Origin: Candidatus Micrarchaeia archaeon | GTDB taxonomy: Archaea; Micrarchaeota; Micrarchaeia; Burarchaeales; Fermentimicrarchaeaceae | Assembly (NCBI GenBank): GCA_038871515.1 | Contig: JAVZHX010000001.1 | Coordinates: 397,638 to 461,637 of the forward strand | Direction of reading: 5' to 3' | Length of the DNA stretch: 64,000 bases | In this document: in pieces, positions 55,672-63,736 of the stretch | Position numbering within the stretch: the stretch's first letter is position 1 | How the letters are laid out: each line of letters starts with the position of its first letter | Program-made: the position numbers and the translations under genes | Notes under the pieces: generated by a model | What the model saw: only the letters and a program-made list of their open reading frames with translations | Told to the model about the DNA's origin: nothing | Databases searched by the model: none

Positions 55672-56004
55672 ATGGTTGGTAGAAAAAAAAGCGAGATGGA
55701 ATGGGAGAAAATGCGCTTCAAATGTCTAGAATGCGGAAGAGAGACAGAACCATTGAAAATAACAAGAGAGGGAATTCCCATAAGGGTTTGGAAATGCCTA
55801 CACTGCAACTTTGCGATAACACACCCAGAGGATGCTGAAAGACTGCTCCTCAAGGAAAAGGGAGTGAGAGCGACTGTTGGGAAGGTGGGCAGCCAAACCA
55901 TAATACGAGTGCCCGCGGTGGTGAGGGAGTACTACCACCTTGACAGAATAAAGAAAATACTGCTCAAGCCAGTCAGCGATAAGAAGCTGGTAATTGAAAT
56001 TTAG
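55672..56004 (+). CDS. zinc-ribbon plus SpoVT/AbrB-like antitoxin candidate
   Basis: Contains CLECG...CLHCN, then ATVGKVGSQTIIRVPAVVREYYHL. Confidence 0.5.
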   Translation: MVGRKKSEMEWEKMRFKCLECGRETEPLKITREGIPIRVWKCLHCNFAITHPEDAERLLLKEKGVRATVGKVGSQTIIRVPAVVREYYHLDRIKKILLKPVSDKKLVIEI

Positions 56005-56018
56005 AGCTCACAAATCTG

Positions 56019-56636
56019 CTATGGTTTTGCCATCCAAACATCAACCCCCCTCACCTTCACCCCCTCTCTCCTGAGCAACCTTTCAACCTCCCGAGAACTC
56101 CTTTGAGGAAAGAGAAGCGAGGCTATCCCTATTCTCAACCCGCCCAATTCCCTCACAAGCCCCTTCTTCTCACTCACGTACCTCCTCCCACCATAACTCT
56201 TCTCACTCCTCTTCCCAAAAAGCAGCCTGTTCACCCTATCCTTCTTCGCCTTCCCAAGCGCTTTCAAATCATATTTTATTATTCTATAAGGCTCCAAACC
56301 TAGCTTTCTCAGAGAAACATCCGGCATCTTACCTGAAATTACCTTTCCCTCCCTGAGAATTGTTTCAAGAAGTTGCCTGTTAACCCCACTCAATTTTGCG
56401 TTTAGGAAAACAACCTCTATGTTCACGTCATACTCTCCCTCCAGCTCCAAAATTCTCTTGGAAACTGCCTCCTGCGCTCTGCCATCATCTAGCACAACAG
56501 CCAAATCCAAATCCGATCTCCTGTCTGCTTCGCCCCTTGCAACCGAGCCGAAGACAATTATGGAGGAAACTCCTCTCAAGCTGCCAACTTTCTTTCTTAT
56601 CTCCTCTACAAGCTCTTTGAACCCCTTCTCAACCAC
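56019..56636 (-). CDS. minimal nucleotidyltransferase (MNT) domain protein with C-terminal extension
   Basis: Contains IIVFGSVARGEADRRSDLDLAVV (GS...DxD). Confidence 0.8.
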   Translation of the reverse strand: MVEKGFKELVEEIRKKVGSLRGVSSIIVFGSVARGEADRRSDLDLAVVLDDGRAQEAVSKRILELEGEYDVNIEVVFLNAKLSGVNRQLLETILREGKVISGKMPDVSLRKLGLEPYRIIKYDLKALGKAKKDRVNRLLFGKRSEKSYGGRRYVSEKKGLVRELGGLRIGIASLLFPQRSSREVERLLRREGVKVRGVDVWMAKP

Positions 56637-56997
56637 CTTTCAACACCTCCAAACACACCTCCTCCAGCTTCTTGAACTCCTTCTCAATTCTCTCCAAGTC
56701 AGCTTGGCTTCCCCTTCCACCATAAACAAATTTCGGCCTTAGCTGATTCTCTATTCTTTGGAAGCTCTCCCATACAACTCTTGTTTTCTCTCCGAATATG
56801 AAATCGTTTTCCTCCAGCATCCTCCTGACAAGCTGGTGCTTGTGTATGTGAACTCTGTTCTTTGCTGCGCATGCTTCCACCAAATGGTAGGCGGCCAGAA
56901 AATATGCTTCTGCTCTTGTTGCACTGAACAGATTTTTACTCTCCGCATCCCTCTTAAATTTCTCATACATCTCCTTGTGGGTTTGCATATCTGCCAA
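56629..56997 (-). CDS. HEPN-domain protein (partner of MNT)
   Basis: 122 aa, helical, with RVHIHKH fitting Rx4-6H. Overlaps the MNT gene by 8 nt. Confidence 0.6.
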   Translation of the reverse strand: MADMQTHKEMYEKFKRDAESKNLFSATRAEAYFLAAYHLVEACAAKNRVHIHKHQLVRRMLEENDFIFGEKTRVVWESFQRIENQLRPKFVYGGRGSQADLERIEKEFKKLEEVCLEVLKGG

Positions 56998-57006
56998 CGA
57001 ATCACC

Positions 57007-57068
57007 TTTCGGCAGATAATCTTACGAAATAGCAGTATATAAGCTTTTCGGCAGACTATCTTACGAAA
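57007..57068. promoter_or_regulatory. 23-nt direct repeat TTTCGGCAGAnnATCTTACGAAA (57007-57029 and 57046-57068) flanking a TATATAA box
   Basis: Read directly, with 2 mismatches between copies. Lies just upstream (minus-strand sense) of the HEPN-MNT operon start at 56997. Confidence 0.55.
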
Positions 57069-57791
57069 CTACTTCTCCACCACAATTCCCTTCGGCCCAA
57101 CCGTAACAGTTCTCGCAAGGAAATCGTGCTTCGTCAACCTCATCTTCTCAACAACAAGCGTTCTCTTCCCAAGCGCCTCTATCTTCGCGAGCTTTATCAC
57201 TCCGTCAACCAAATACTCACACGTTTCCTTTGCGCTCTCAAAAGTTCTCTCCTCATAAATGTAAACAACAGTGCACTTATCCGTCTCCTTCATCCTCCTG
57301 ATAAACCTTGTCGTCAATGCTCTCAGCAGCATATCCTCAGTGATTGGTATGCTTCCCACCTTTTTAATCGCCTCAAATATCTGGTCAGAAACAAACTCCT
57401 CCCTTGTCAGGGGAAGCTTGCTAAGGAATGAGGTGAGGGAGTCAATCACAACTCTTGCTGGTTTATACGTTTTAATATCTGAAACAATCACCCCTTCCAA
57501 ATCAGGCTCCCTTGTTATATCATAGTTTTTGAACTCAACAGGCAAACCCTCAAAATTCCACCCAAACAACTCCGCCTGCTCCTTCAAACTCTCCTCCCCC
57601 TGCGTAAACGAAATATACATCCCTTTATCTTTAAACTGCTTCGCGCCGTTGTAAAGGAACTGCAATCCAAGAATTGTTTTCAAAGTTCCCGGAGAACCCT
57701 TCACAAGCACCGCAGAACCCTCTGGAAAACCACCTTCAATTATCTTATCCAACTCCTCTATGCCAGTTGGAACCCTTTTAATATCCGCCAT
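57069..57791 (-). CDS. KaiC/RecA-superfamily ATPase-like protein with degenerate Walker A
   Basis: Contains TGIEELDKIIEGGFPEGSAVLVKGSPGTLKT (GTLKT instead of GTGKT) and Walker B ARVVIDSLTS. Confidence 0.75.
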   Translation of the reverse strand: MADIKRVPTGIEELDKIIEGGFPEGSAVLVKGSPGTLKTILGLQFLYNGAKQFKDKGMYISFTQGEESLKEQAELFGWNFEGLPVEFKNYDITREPDLEGVIVSDIKTYKPARVVIDSLTSFLSKLPLTREEFVSDQIFEAIKKVGSIPITEDMLLRALTTRFIRRMKETDKCTVVYIYEERTFESAKETCEYLVDGVIKLAKIEALGKRTLVVEKMRLTKHDFLARTVTVGPKGIVVEK

Positions 57792-57833
57792 TACCCCACC
57801 TCATCAATGAGAGAAATTAGTAGAAGAGAGTAT

Positions 57834-58613
57834 TTATAACTTATGCATACCCTCAAGCTTAACCAGTAAATCATTCTTCAACTCCAACCAATCCCTAGGC
57901 CTGTTGTTCAATGGGATGAACGGGTTTGTGAGATTGCGTAGTTTTCTGTAATCCATCTTTCTAACTGCCTGAATAGTCCGCTTTAGAAACTCCCCAACCC
58001 CCTCCTCGCTTCTTTCAGACTCTAACATTTTTTTAATCGCGTTCTCCATCCTGCCGCAGAGAGGTAAAGCGTTATACACATCATACACATCCTTCCCTTC
58101 AGCTCGTGTGCAAAGCGCATGCATCTTCCGTGCAACCAAATCCTCCAAAGAGTAAACATGAAAGCCGCTGACAAGCTGCTGCGTATATGAAGACATCGCT
58201 GCTTTAACTACAACTGGTTTATCAGTTACAATTCTCTTTGCTGCGATATCAACTCGCACATGACCCTCCCCCCCAAGTGGGCTATCATAAGTGCAGTAGA
58301 ACTGGAGTGAACTGCCAACCCTACGAAATTCCACTATTTCATACCCTTCCATTCCTTCAGATAGTTCTCTGCAAAGCCTCTGCACCTCCCCCATGCTCTC
58401 TGTGCCTGAGTCAAAGTCCAAATCATCTGAAAAGCGCTGGAGCTTTCCAAGGTAGACTTTATTCAGGGCAGTCCCTCCTTTAAAAACAATATTCGGTTGT
58501 TGTGCGGTTATCTTGCTCAGCACGTCAAAAACATAGAATTCCTTCACAATAAACTGCAGGGGCAGCCCGTACTTCACTGCCATGTTCCTGCACGCTTCCA
58601 GGTTAATCTCCAC
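57834..58613 (-). CDS. AbiEii/AbiGii-family nucleotidyltransferase toxin (DUF1814)
   Basis: Contains VFKGGTALNKVY....RFSDDLDFD. Confidence 0.8.
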   Translation of the reverse strand: MEINLEACRNMAVKYGLPLQFIVKEFYVFDVLSKITAQQPNIVFKGGTALNKVYLGKLQRFSDDLDFDSGTESMGEVQRLCRELSEGMEGYEIVEFRRVGSSLQFYCTYDSPLGGEGHVRVDIAAKRIVTDKPVVVKAAMSSYTQQLVSGFHVYSLEDLVARKMHALCTRAEGKDVYDVYNALPLCGRMENAIKKMLESERSEEGVGEFLKRTIQAVRKMDYRKLRNLTNPFIPLNNRPRDWLELKNDLLVKLEGMHKL

Positions 58614-58617
58614 CCTC

Positions 58618-59223
58618 TCACCCCCTGATGAAATTTACTACCTTCTCCATTCTCTTGGCGAGTTTGCCTTTTGCAAATTTTTTCACGTAGGTGTTAAACT
58701 CCCTCCACTCCTGTCCCGTAAGTCCCGCCTCCTTATATGTAGCGATAAGCTTATCCATCTCAACAGAATATCTTGGCAGGTAAAGACAATCAAACAGCGT
58801 TTTAGCCCGAGTTGAAATTACATACCCTCCAATTTTAGCAAAGCCAATCGCTTTTTCATCAAGGGCCACAGCTCTGAATTCATACTCCCCAAATCTCTTC
58901 ACTTTTGATGTGCTCGTTGTGACGACAATTAAACTGAACGGCATCTCGGAGATAAGCTTGTGAAGGTACAGGGCGGTGGAGAAACCCAGATAGCCGTTAA
59001 ACGTTGCCTGTGCGCACGCATATGGATCTCTCATCGGTTTGATGGAATAAACCCCTCGCTTTAGACGGATGATTCTGCCAGACTTGTTCAGGCGGCTCAG
59101 GGTAGTTTTCAGTGTGAACGAATCGCTCAGCTTGAGACTTTCCAGGACATCCAGCGTTGCAATTCCATAGGGAGAAGCGGATATTGCATCCAGCACCGCT
59201 TGGCTGATTTTCATACTTGACAT
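58618..59223 (-). CDS. AbiEi-family antitoxin / transcriptional regulator
   Basis: N-terminal wHTH (TLSRLNKSGRIIRLKRGVYS) plus a C-terminal domain, immediately upstream of AbiEii. Confidence 0.7.
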   Translation of the reverse strand: MSSMKISQAVLDAISASPYGIATLDVLESLKLSDSFTLKTTLSRLNKSGRIIRLKRGVYSIKPMRDPYACAQATFNGYLGFSTALYLHKLISEMPFSLIVVTTSTSKVKRFGEYEFRAVALDEKAIGFAKIGGYVISTRAKTLFDCLYLPRYSVEMDKLIATYKEAGLTGQEWREFNTYVKKFAKGKLAKRMEKVVNFIRG

Positions 59224-59573
59224 GTATTAATAAACGAATTGTTTATTATTAAATGTTTCTATAAAGGAGTAAATCCTTCGGTCAGTTCACAAACAACTTC
59301 CCAAAACATTCCATCCCAGTTATAGTAAACCTCTTCACACAACCGACGCATAAATCTATGTTATGTATAATTAACACAAACTAGAAAATAAGTTACTTGC
59401 ATATGACAAAAATTCAATGTTAAAAAGGATATATCCTTTCATCTGAAAGAGAGGAAAAGATAAAAATTGAGGGAAAAGTTATAGAAGTTGTGCCTCTCTT
59501 CAAATTTCTCCTGAACTTTGCACCCAGCTTCAAATGTTAACTTTAAATATACAATTGTTCTATAATAAAGAAC

Positions 59574-60164
59574 ATGTTAGAACTGCTTATTCGGTCGAAA
59601 ACAGAAGTAAAAATACTTGGAGTTGTTCTGTTTGAGAATGAGCTCCACTTGCGGGAGATAGCGAGGAGAGCTGGCGCCAGCCCCTCAGAAACAAAAAAGG
59701 AGCTGGACAACCTTGTGCGCCTTGGCGTCCTGAGGAAGCAGAGGCGGGGCAATCAGCTGCTCTTCGCTGTAAACACCCAATGCCCGTTCCTCAGCGAGCT
59801 CAGGAGTTTTTACATAAAAACAGATGGAGTTGCTGAGCAGCTCAGGAAAACTCTCTCCAAAAAATATGGTGTGAAGTACGCTTTCATTTTCGGCAGCCTG
59901 GCAGCTGGAAGCTTCAGCCAGAAAAGCGATGTTGATATCCTCATAATCGGCAGTATTGATGAAGAGGAAATTGCAAGAGATACCTCTCACCTTCAGAAAA
60001 TAACTGGCAGGGAAATAAACTGGGTGCTTTGGAGCGAAAGAGACTTTGCAAGTAAGTTAAAAGAGAAGGGTTCATTTATTACCTCTGTGCTTAGAGGAAA
60101 GCGCATATGGCTAAAGGGTGATGAAAGTGAATTTGAAAGAATTACTTCAAAAGCGACTGGTTGA
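59574..60164 (+). CDS. wHTH-fused minimal nucleotidyltransferase (MNT)
   Basis: Contains LHLREIARRAGASPSETKKELDNLVRLGVL, then FIFGSLAAGSFSQKSDVDILIIG. Confidence 0.8.
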   Translation: MLELLIRSKTEVKILGVVLFENELHLREIARRAGASPSETKKELDNLVRLGVLRKQRRGNQLLFAVNTQCPFLSELRSFYIKTDGVAEQLRKTLSKKYGVKYAFIFGSLAAGSFSQKSDVDILIIGSIDEEEIARDTSHLQKITGREINWVLWSERDFASKLKEKGSFITSVLRGKRIWLKGDESEFERITSKATG

Positions 60165-60558
60165 AAAGTCCACGCAGGATTTGAAACTATCAGCAAAGTT
60201 CCTGTCAGATGCACACAGAGACATCTCGGCAGCCGAAGATAATTTGAAGACGAAACATCCTGACTGGGCTTTGGCGATTGCATACAATGCAATGCTCTCT
60301 GCAGGAATGGCGCTTATGGCGTATAAGGGTTATCGCACCTTTGCCGAATCGCACCACGTTGCAGTTGTGCAGTTCTGCGCAGCTGTTATGCCTCCAGACT
60401 CGGCAACACTCGTGAGCGTATTCAACCGCTACCGGGTTAGGAGGCATGATGTAATCTACGGAGAGTCCAGCTCTGTTGGAGAGGATGAGGCAAGAAAAGC
60501 TATTGAGAATACAAAGAAGTTTGTTGAGCAAATTGAAAAAATTATAAAAGTCAGTTAA
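60121..60558 (+). CDS. HEPN-domain protein
   Basis: Helical, with RYRVRRH fitting Rx4-6H. Overlaps the upstream MNT gene. Confidence 0.7.
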   Translation: MKVNLKELLQKRLVEKSTQDLKLSAKFLSDAHRDISAAEDNLKTKHPDWALAIAYNAMLSAGMALMAYKGYRTFAESHHVAVVQFCAAVMPPDSATLVSVFNRYRVRRHDVIYGESSSVGEDEARKAIENTKKFVEQIEKIIKVS

Positions 60559-60777
60559 CCACTTTGTTAACAAATACTGGGCTGATTATTTTTCTAATTC
60601 CAGCACATCTTATTGGTGTTATAATTTTTAATCTATCTTCGCTAAAATGGGCAAGAAATTGATGCATAATTATAGGGATATGATAACTTAGCAACTTTAG
60701 AATGTTGTTAATGATAATTTCATAGTATATGTGAGCATTTTTGGATAAAGGTTTAATCTAAATATAACTAAGTATGC

Positions 60778-61026
60778 GTGATGTATATGGATGTGTCTAC
60801 GATAAGGCTACATAGGAAAACCAAATTCGCCCTTGACAGATATAGAGAATACAGGAATGAGAGTTATGATGAAGTTGTGATGAAGCTTGTTAACATAGCC
60901 GACACATGTAAGAAAGAGCCAGAGCTTTCCAAAGAAGCGGTTGAACGAATAGAGAAGGCACGTGAGAGGATACGGGCAGGCAACTTTGTGAGTGAAAGTG
61001 AGGCAAGAAAGAGGCTGGCCCTGTGA
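60778..61026 (+). CDS. ribbon-helix-helix-type antitoxin
   Basis: Contains STIRLHRKTKFALDRYREYRNESYDEVVMKLV. The stop overlaps the downstream degraded toxin start (GTGA). Confidence 0.6.
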   Translation: MMYMDVSTIRLHRKTKFALDRYREYRNESYDEVVMKLVNIADTCKKEPELSKEAVERIEKARERIRAGNFVSESEARKRLAL

Positions 61027-61289
61027 CATACGAGGTGGTTTTCGACAGGAAAGCACTTGAATTTCTAGAAGGCCTGCCGAAGGAGTTGCAGCAGAGGATT
61101 TTCAATAAAATAACTGCTGCAAAGGAGAATCCACTTCACTTCTTTGAGAGGCTGGAGGGCGGCAGGATTACAAGCTGCGTGTAGGCAAATACCGAGTCAT
61201 TGCGGATATCTCACAGCTTGAAAAGGATTGAGGTGACACTCATAGACCACAGGAAAAAGGTTTACGAGAAGTTGCCAAAAGAAAAATGA
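61023..61289 (+). pseudogene. RelE/ParE-family toxin gene with two frame disruptions
   Basis: Frame 1 gives VTYEVVFDRKALEFLEGLPKELQQRIFNKITAAKENPLHFFERLEG. The pieces QDYKLRVGKYRVIADISQLEKD* and IEVTLIDHRKKVYEKLPKEK* lie in other frames. Confidence 0.7.
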
Positions 61290-61499
61290 GAAAGCTGTGA
61301 AGCTGGCTAGGTATGCGAGAAAACTGCAAGCTCAGAAGATATCGGCTAACAGGGTAACTATAATATATCGTGAAGTAATAACTTAACGCATGGCTGATAT
61401 GAAGCTTAGAGAAGGCGAGGTAATCATCAAAAGTGGGTTGCGAAGAAAGATAAGCTCCAGCTAGAAATTATAAACAAAAAAGTGCACGAAATTTAAAAG

Positions 61500-61601
61500 T
61501 AGCGGGGCGTGGATTTGAACCACGGATCTCTGGGTTATGAGCCCAGCGGGCATTACGGTAGCTTCCGAGAAGAAGCTATCTCCATGCTACCCTACCCCGC
61601 T
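61500..61601 (-). tRNA. initiator tRNA-Met(CAU) with an insertion of about 26-28 nt in the D-loop (within 61552-61588)
   Basis: A1:U72 acceptor AGCGGGG/CCCCGCT and anticodon arm CTGGG-CTCATAA-CCCAG with three G:C pairs. T arm is CGTGG-TTCAAAT-CCACG. The D stem GGGT/GCCC encloses 37 nt including a 7-bp hairpin TAGCTTC/GAAGCTA. Confidence 0.8.
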
Positions 61602-61675
61602 TCAATAGTATTTACCTCTCAACCTTTAAAAACTCGTCGATTGTTTCTTCGTTTAATAAAATGAACGATCGTTTT

Positions 61676-62539
61676 TTATATCGAACTGCAACTTAAAACA
61701 CGAACTATTGGCTCCACATTCCACCCTAACTTCAGCTTTTTCATTTTCTTTAAATCAGCCCATAACGCCATGCTGTGCTCTCCTCCGTATTTAACTCTTC
61801 CCTCCCCCTTTCCCTCAAAAACAATGTAAACAGAATGCTTGCTCAAATCACCCTTTCTATACACTTTTGAGCTTGTGCAAAGCAGCTTCATTTTCTTAAT
61901 TTTCAAACCAGTCTCCTCAAAAACCTCCCTCCTCACAGCTTTTTCAGGCGACTCTCCCCACTCCACTCCACCACCAGGAAACTCCCAAACTTTTGGCTCC
62001 CTTCTCTTCAAAACAAGAATTCTTCCTTTTGAATCTCTCACAACTGCGTAAACATTCAACTCCTGCACTCTGCCTCTCATTGAATCAACCTCCTCAATTA
62101 ACTTTTTCATCCTCCTGAACATCTCGCTTCCTCCAAGCAGCTTCTCAATTCTCTCAACCTTTCCTTTCTCGCATACTTTATCAGCATAGCAAACAATTTT
62201 CTCCTCAACTGTTTCAGGAATAAAATCTCTTGCAGGCAACCCCATTCTTCCAGCCTCCTCCCTGCTTATCCCTCCGAGCACATGCCTCTCCGCAATCCTT
62301 GCAACCTCCTCCCCCACCCCCTCCTTTCTTAGAATCTCCCCTCCCAGATAACCATGCTCCAAACTATGGGTTAAACTCCTTCCAACATCATGAAGTAAAG
62401 CCCCTTCCTCAACAAGCTTCAAATCAACCCCCCAACCCCTTCTTTTAACCTCTTTTGCAACCTGAAGGGCAACTCTCCTAACCTTTTTTGAATGCTCAAT
62501 TATGTTTTTTGGCAGTTTGTATTTCAGAAGCAGCTTCAT
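61676..62539 (-). CDS. HD-domain / NUDIX hydrolase fusion protein
   Basis: The N-terminal half has HSKKV...LLHDVGRS...ERHV (HD). The C-terminal half has the Nudix box GGGVEWGESPEKAVRREVFEETGL. Confidence 0.75.
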   Translation of the reverse strand: MKLLLKYKLPKNIIEHSKKVRRVALQVAKEVKRRGWGVDLKLVEEGALLHDVGRSLTHSLEHGYLGGEILRKEGVGEEVARIAERHVLGGISREEAGRMGLPARDFIPETVEEKIVCYADKVCEKGKVERIEKLLGGSEMFRRMKKLIEEVDSMRGRVQELNVYAVVRDSKGRILVLKRREPKVWEFPGGGVEWGESPEKAVRREVFEETGLKIKKMKLLCTSSKVYRKGDLSKHSVYIVFEGKGEGRVKYGGEHSMALWADLKKMKKLKLGWNVEPIVRVLSCSSI

Positions 62540-62560
62540 GCAGAAATTATAAAACAACAC

Positions 62561-63145
62561 TTATTTAGTATTTTTCTTTTCAACAAAAACAAGAGGAGCC
62601 CCGCAGTCAAGGCACTTGAATTTATTTTCAAACGCAACATCAAAAGGAATCATAACCCCTTCCCCTTTCTTGCAGGATTTGCATGTGTAGAACTCAACTG
62701 TCTCCTCAGAAACTGTGCTCGCTGGCACCTCCTTCCTCTGAAGCAGTTTATCCGCTTTATTAAGCGACAACCTCCAGACATACGAATACCAACCGCTCTC
62801 CTTATCCCTGCTCCTCTCGTAAGCAGTTAAACCATATGAATGCAGCTTGTTCAGCACAGCCCTTACCTCGCTCAGCTTTATCTTGCATGCGCTCGCCAAA
62901 TCCTCATCGCTCAGCGGCTCCTCCAACGCCTCTGCAACTGCAAGCGCTTTCTCCCCAGCAATCTGAAGAATCAAATTCCTCACATGCTCGTCTGCAAGTT
63001 TCCTGCTAATCCTGCTCCTTCTTTTCACCTTTCTGGCCGCCTTCCTTACTTTTTTAACAACTCTCATCCTGCGCTTTGCAACAGCCACCTTTTTCCTCAC
63101 AACCTTTCTAGCTCTGGAGCGCGCTCTGCGCTTCTTCATCTTCAT
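62561..63145 (-). CDS. tfe: transcription factor E (TFE/TFIIE-alpha homolog) with highly basic N-terminal extension
   Basis: The wHTH is LSDEDLASACKIKLSEVRAVLNKLHSYGL..YER.RDKESGWYSYVW. The zinc ribbon is CKSC...CLDCG. The first 50 aa or so are mostly K/R. Confidence 0.8.
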   Translation of the reverse strand: MKMKKRRARSRARKVVRKKVAVAKRRMRVVKKVRKAARKVKRRSRISRKLADEHVRNLILQIAGEKALAVAEALEEPLSDEDLASACKIKLSEVRAVLNKLHSYGLTAYERSRDKESGWYSYVWRLSLNKADKLLQRKEVPASTVSEETVEFYTCKSCKKGEGVMIPFDVAFENKFKCLDCGAPLVFVEKKNTK

Positions 63146-63186
63146 GGGCTATATTATGCACGAAAGAATATTTATAACCTTCGCAA

Positions 63187-63693
63187 TTATTCTATTTTCT
63201 TCCCATGCGCCTGTGGCACAACCCTCAGTTTCGCGTTTTCAAACCTTTTTTCAAGCTCCTTTCCCTCAAAATACCTGTCAAGAAAAACAGCCAGCGCAGC
63301 AACCTCTGAGTGTGGCTGGGTTGAAACAGATATGTTATAATCTACGTTTCTATAAACTTCTGGAGGAACCTTCTCAGCCCCAACCACCAAAAGAAGCTTT
63401 TTCTCCTTTCTCAGCTCATCAATTTTTTCATTCAGCGGTTCCCCATACATAGTGAGGTGGACAGTTTTTCCATCCCACTCTCTCAATACTGCTCTCCAAT
63501 CCTTTCTGTATTCCACTTCAAAATTCCCTCCCCACTTCTCAACAACCCCCTTCACACTTCTTATAACTGACTCATCTCTCTCCCCTGAAAGAAAAACCTT
63601 ATCCGCTCCAAGCGCCCTTGCCGCTAAACAGACGTGGGTTGTCACCCTCGCATCCCTTCCAACCCTATGCCCCAACCGAAGAACCGCAATCAT
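63187..63693 (-). CDS. tRNA (cytidine56-2'-O)-methyltransferase aTrm56 (SPOUT)
   Basis: MIAVLRLGHRVGRDARVTTHVCLAARALGADKV matches the aTrm56 N-terminus. Start taken at ATG 63693. Confidence 0.8.
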   Translation of the reverse strand: MIAVLRLGHRVGRDARVTTHVCLAARALGADKVFLSGERDESVIRSVKGVVEKWGGNFEVEYRKDWRAVLREWDGKTVHLTMYGEPLNEKIDELRKEKKLLLVVGAEKVPPEVYRNVDYNISVSTQPHSEVAALAVFLDRYFEGKELEKRFENAKLRVVPQAHGKKIE

Positions 63694-63736
63694 AAACAAC
63701 CTTTTTATTCTCTAACCTATTAAACATATTCCACAT

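Noticed and set aside
55398-55901. 167-aa minus-strand ORF opposite the DUF4258-like and Zn-ribbon genes
   Set aside because: No motif was found. It overlaps two plus-strand genes that have recognisable family patterns, so it is likely spurious.
38900-61600. Annotating the 39-61.5 kb island as an integrated mobile element or provirus
   Set aside because: No integrase, transposase, capsid or terminase genes and no att-like duplication of the flanking tRNA-iMet were recognised. Only composition and gene content suggest foreign origin.
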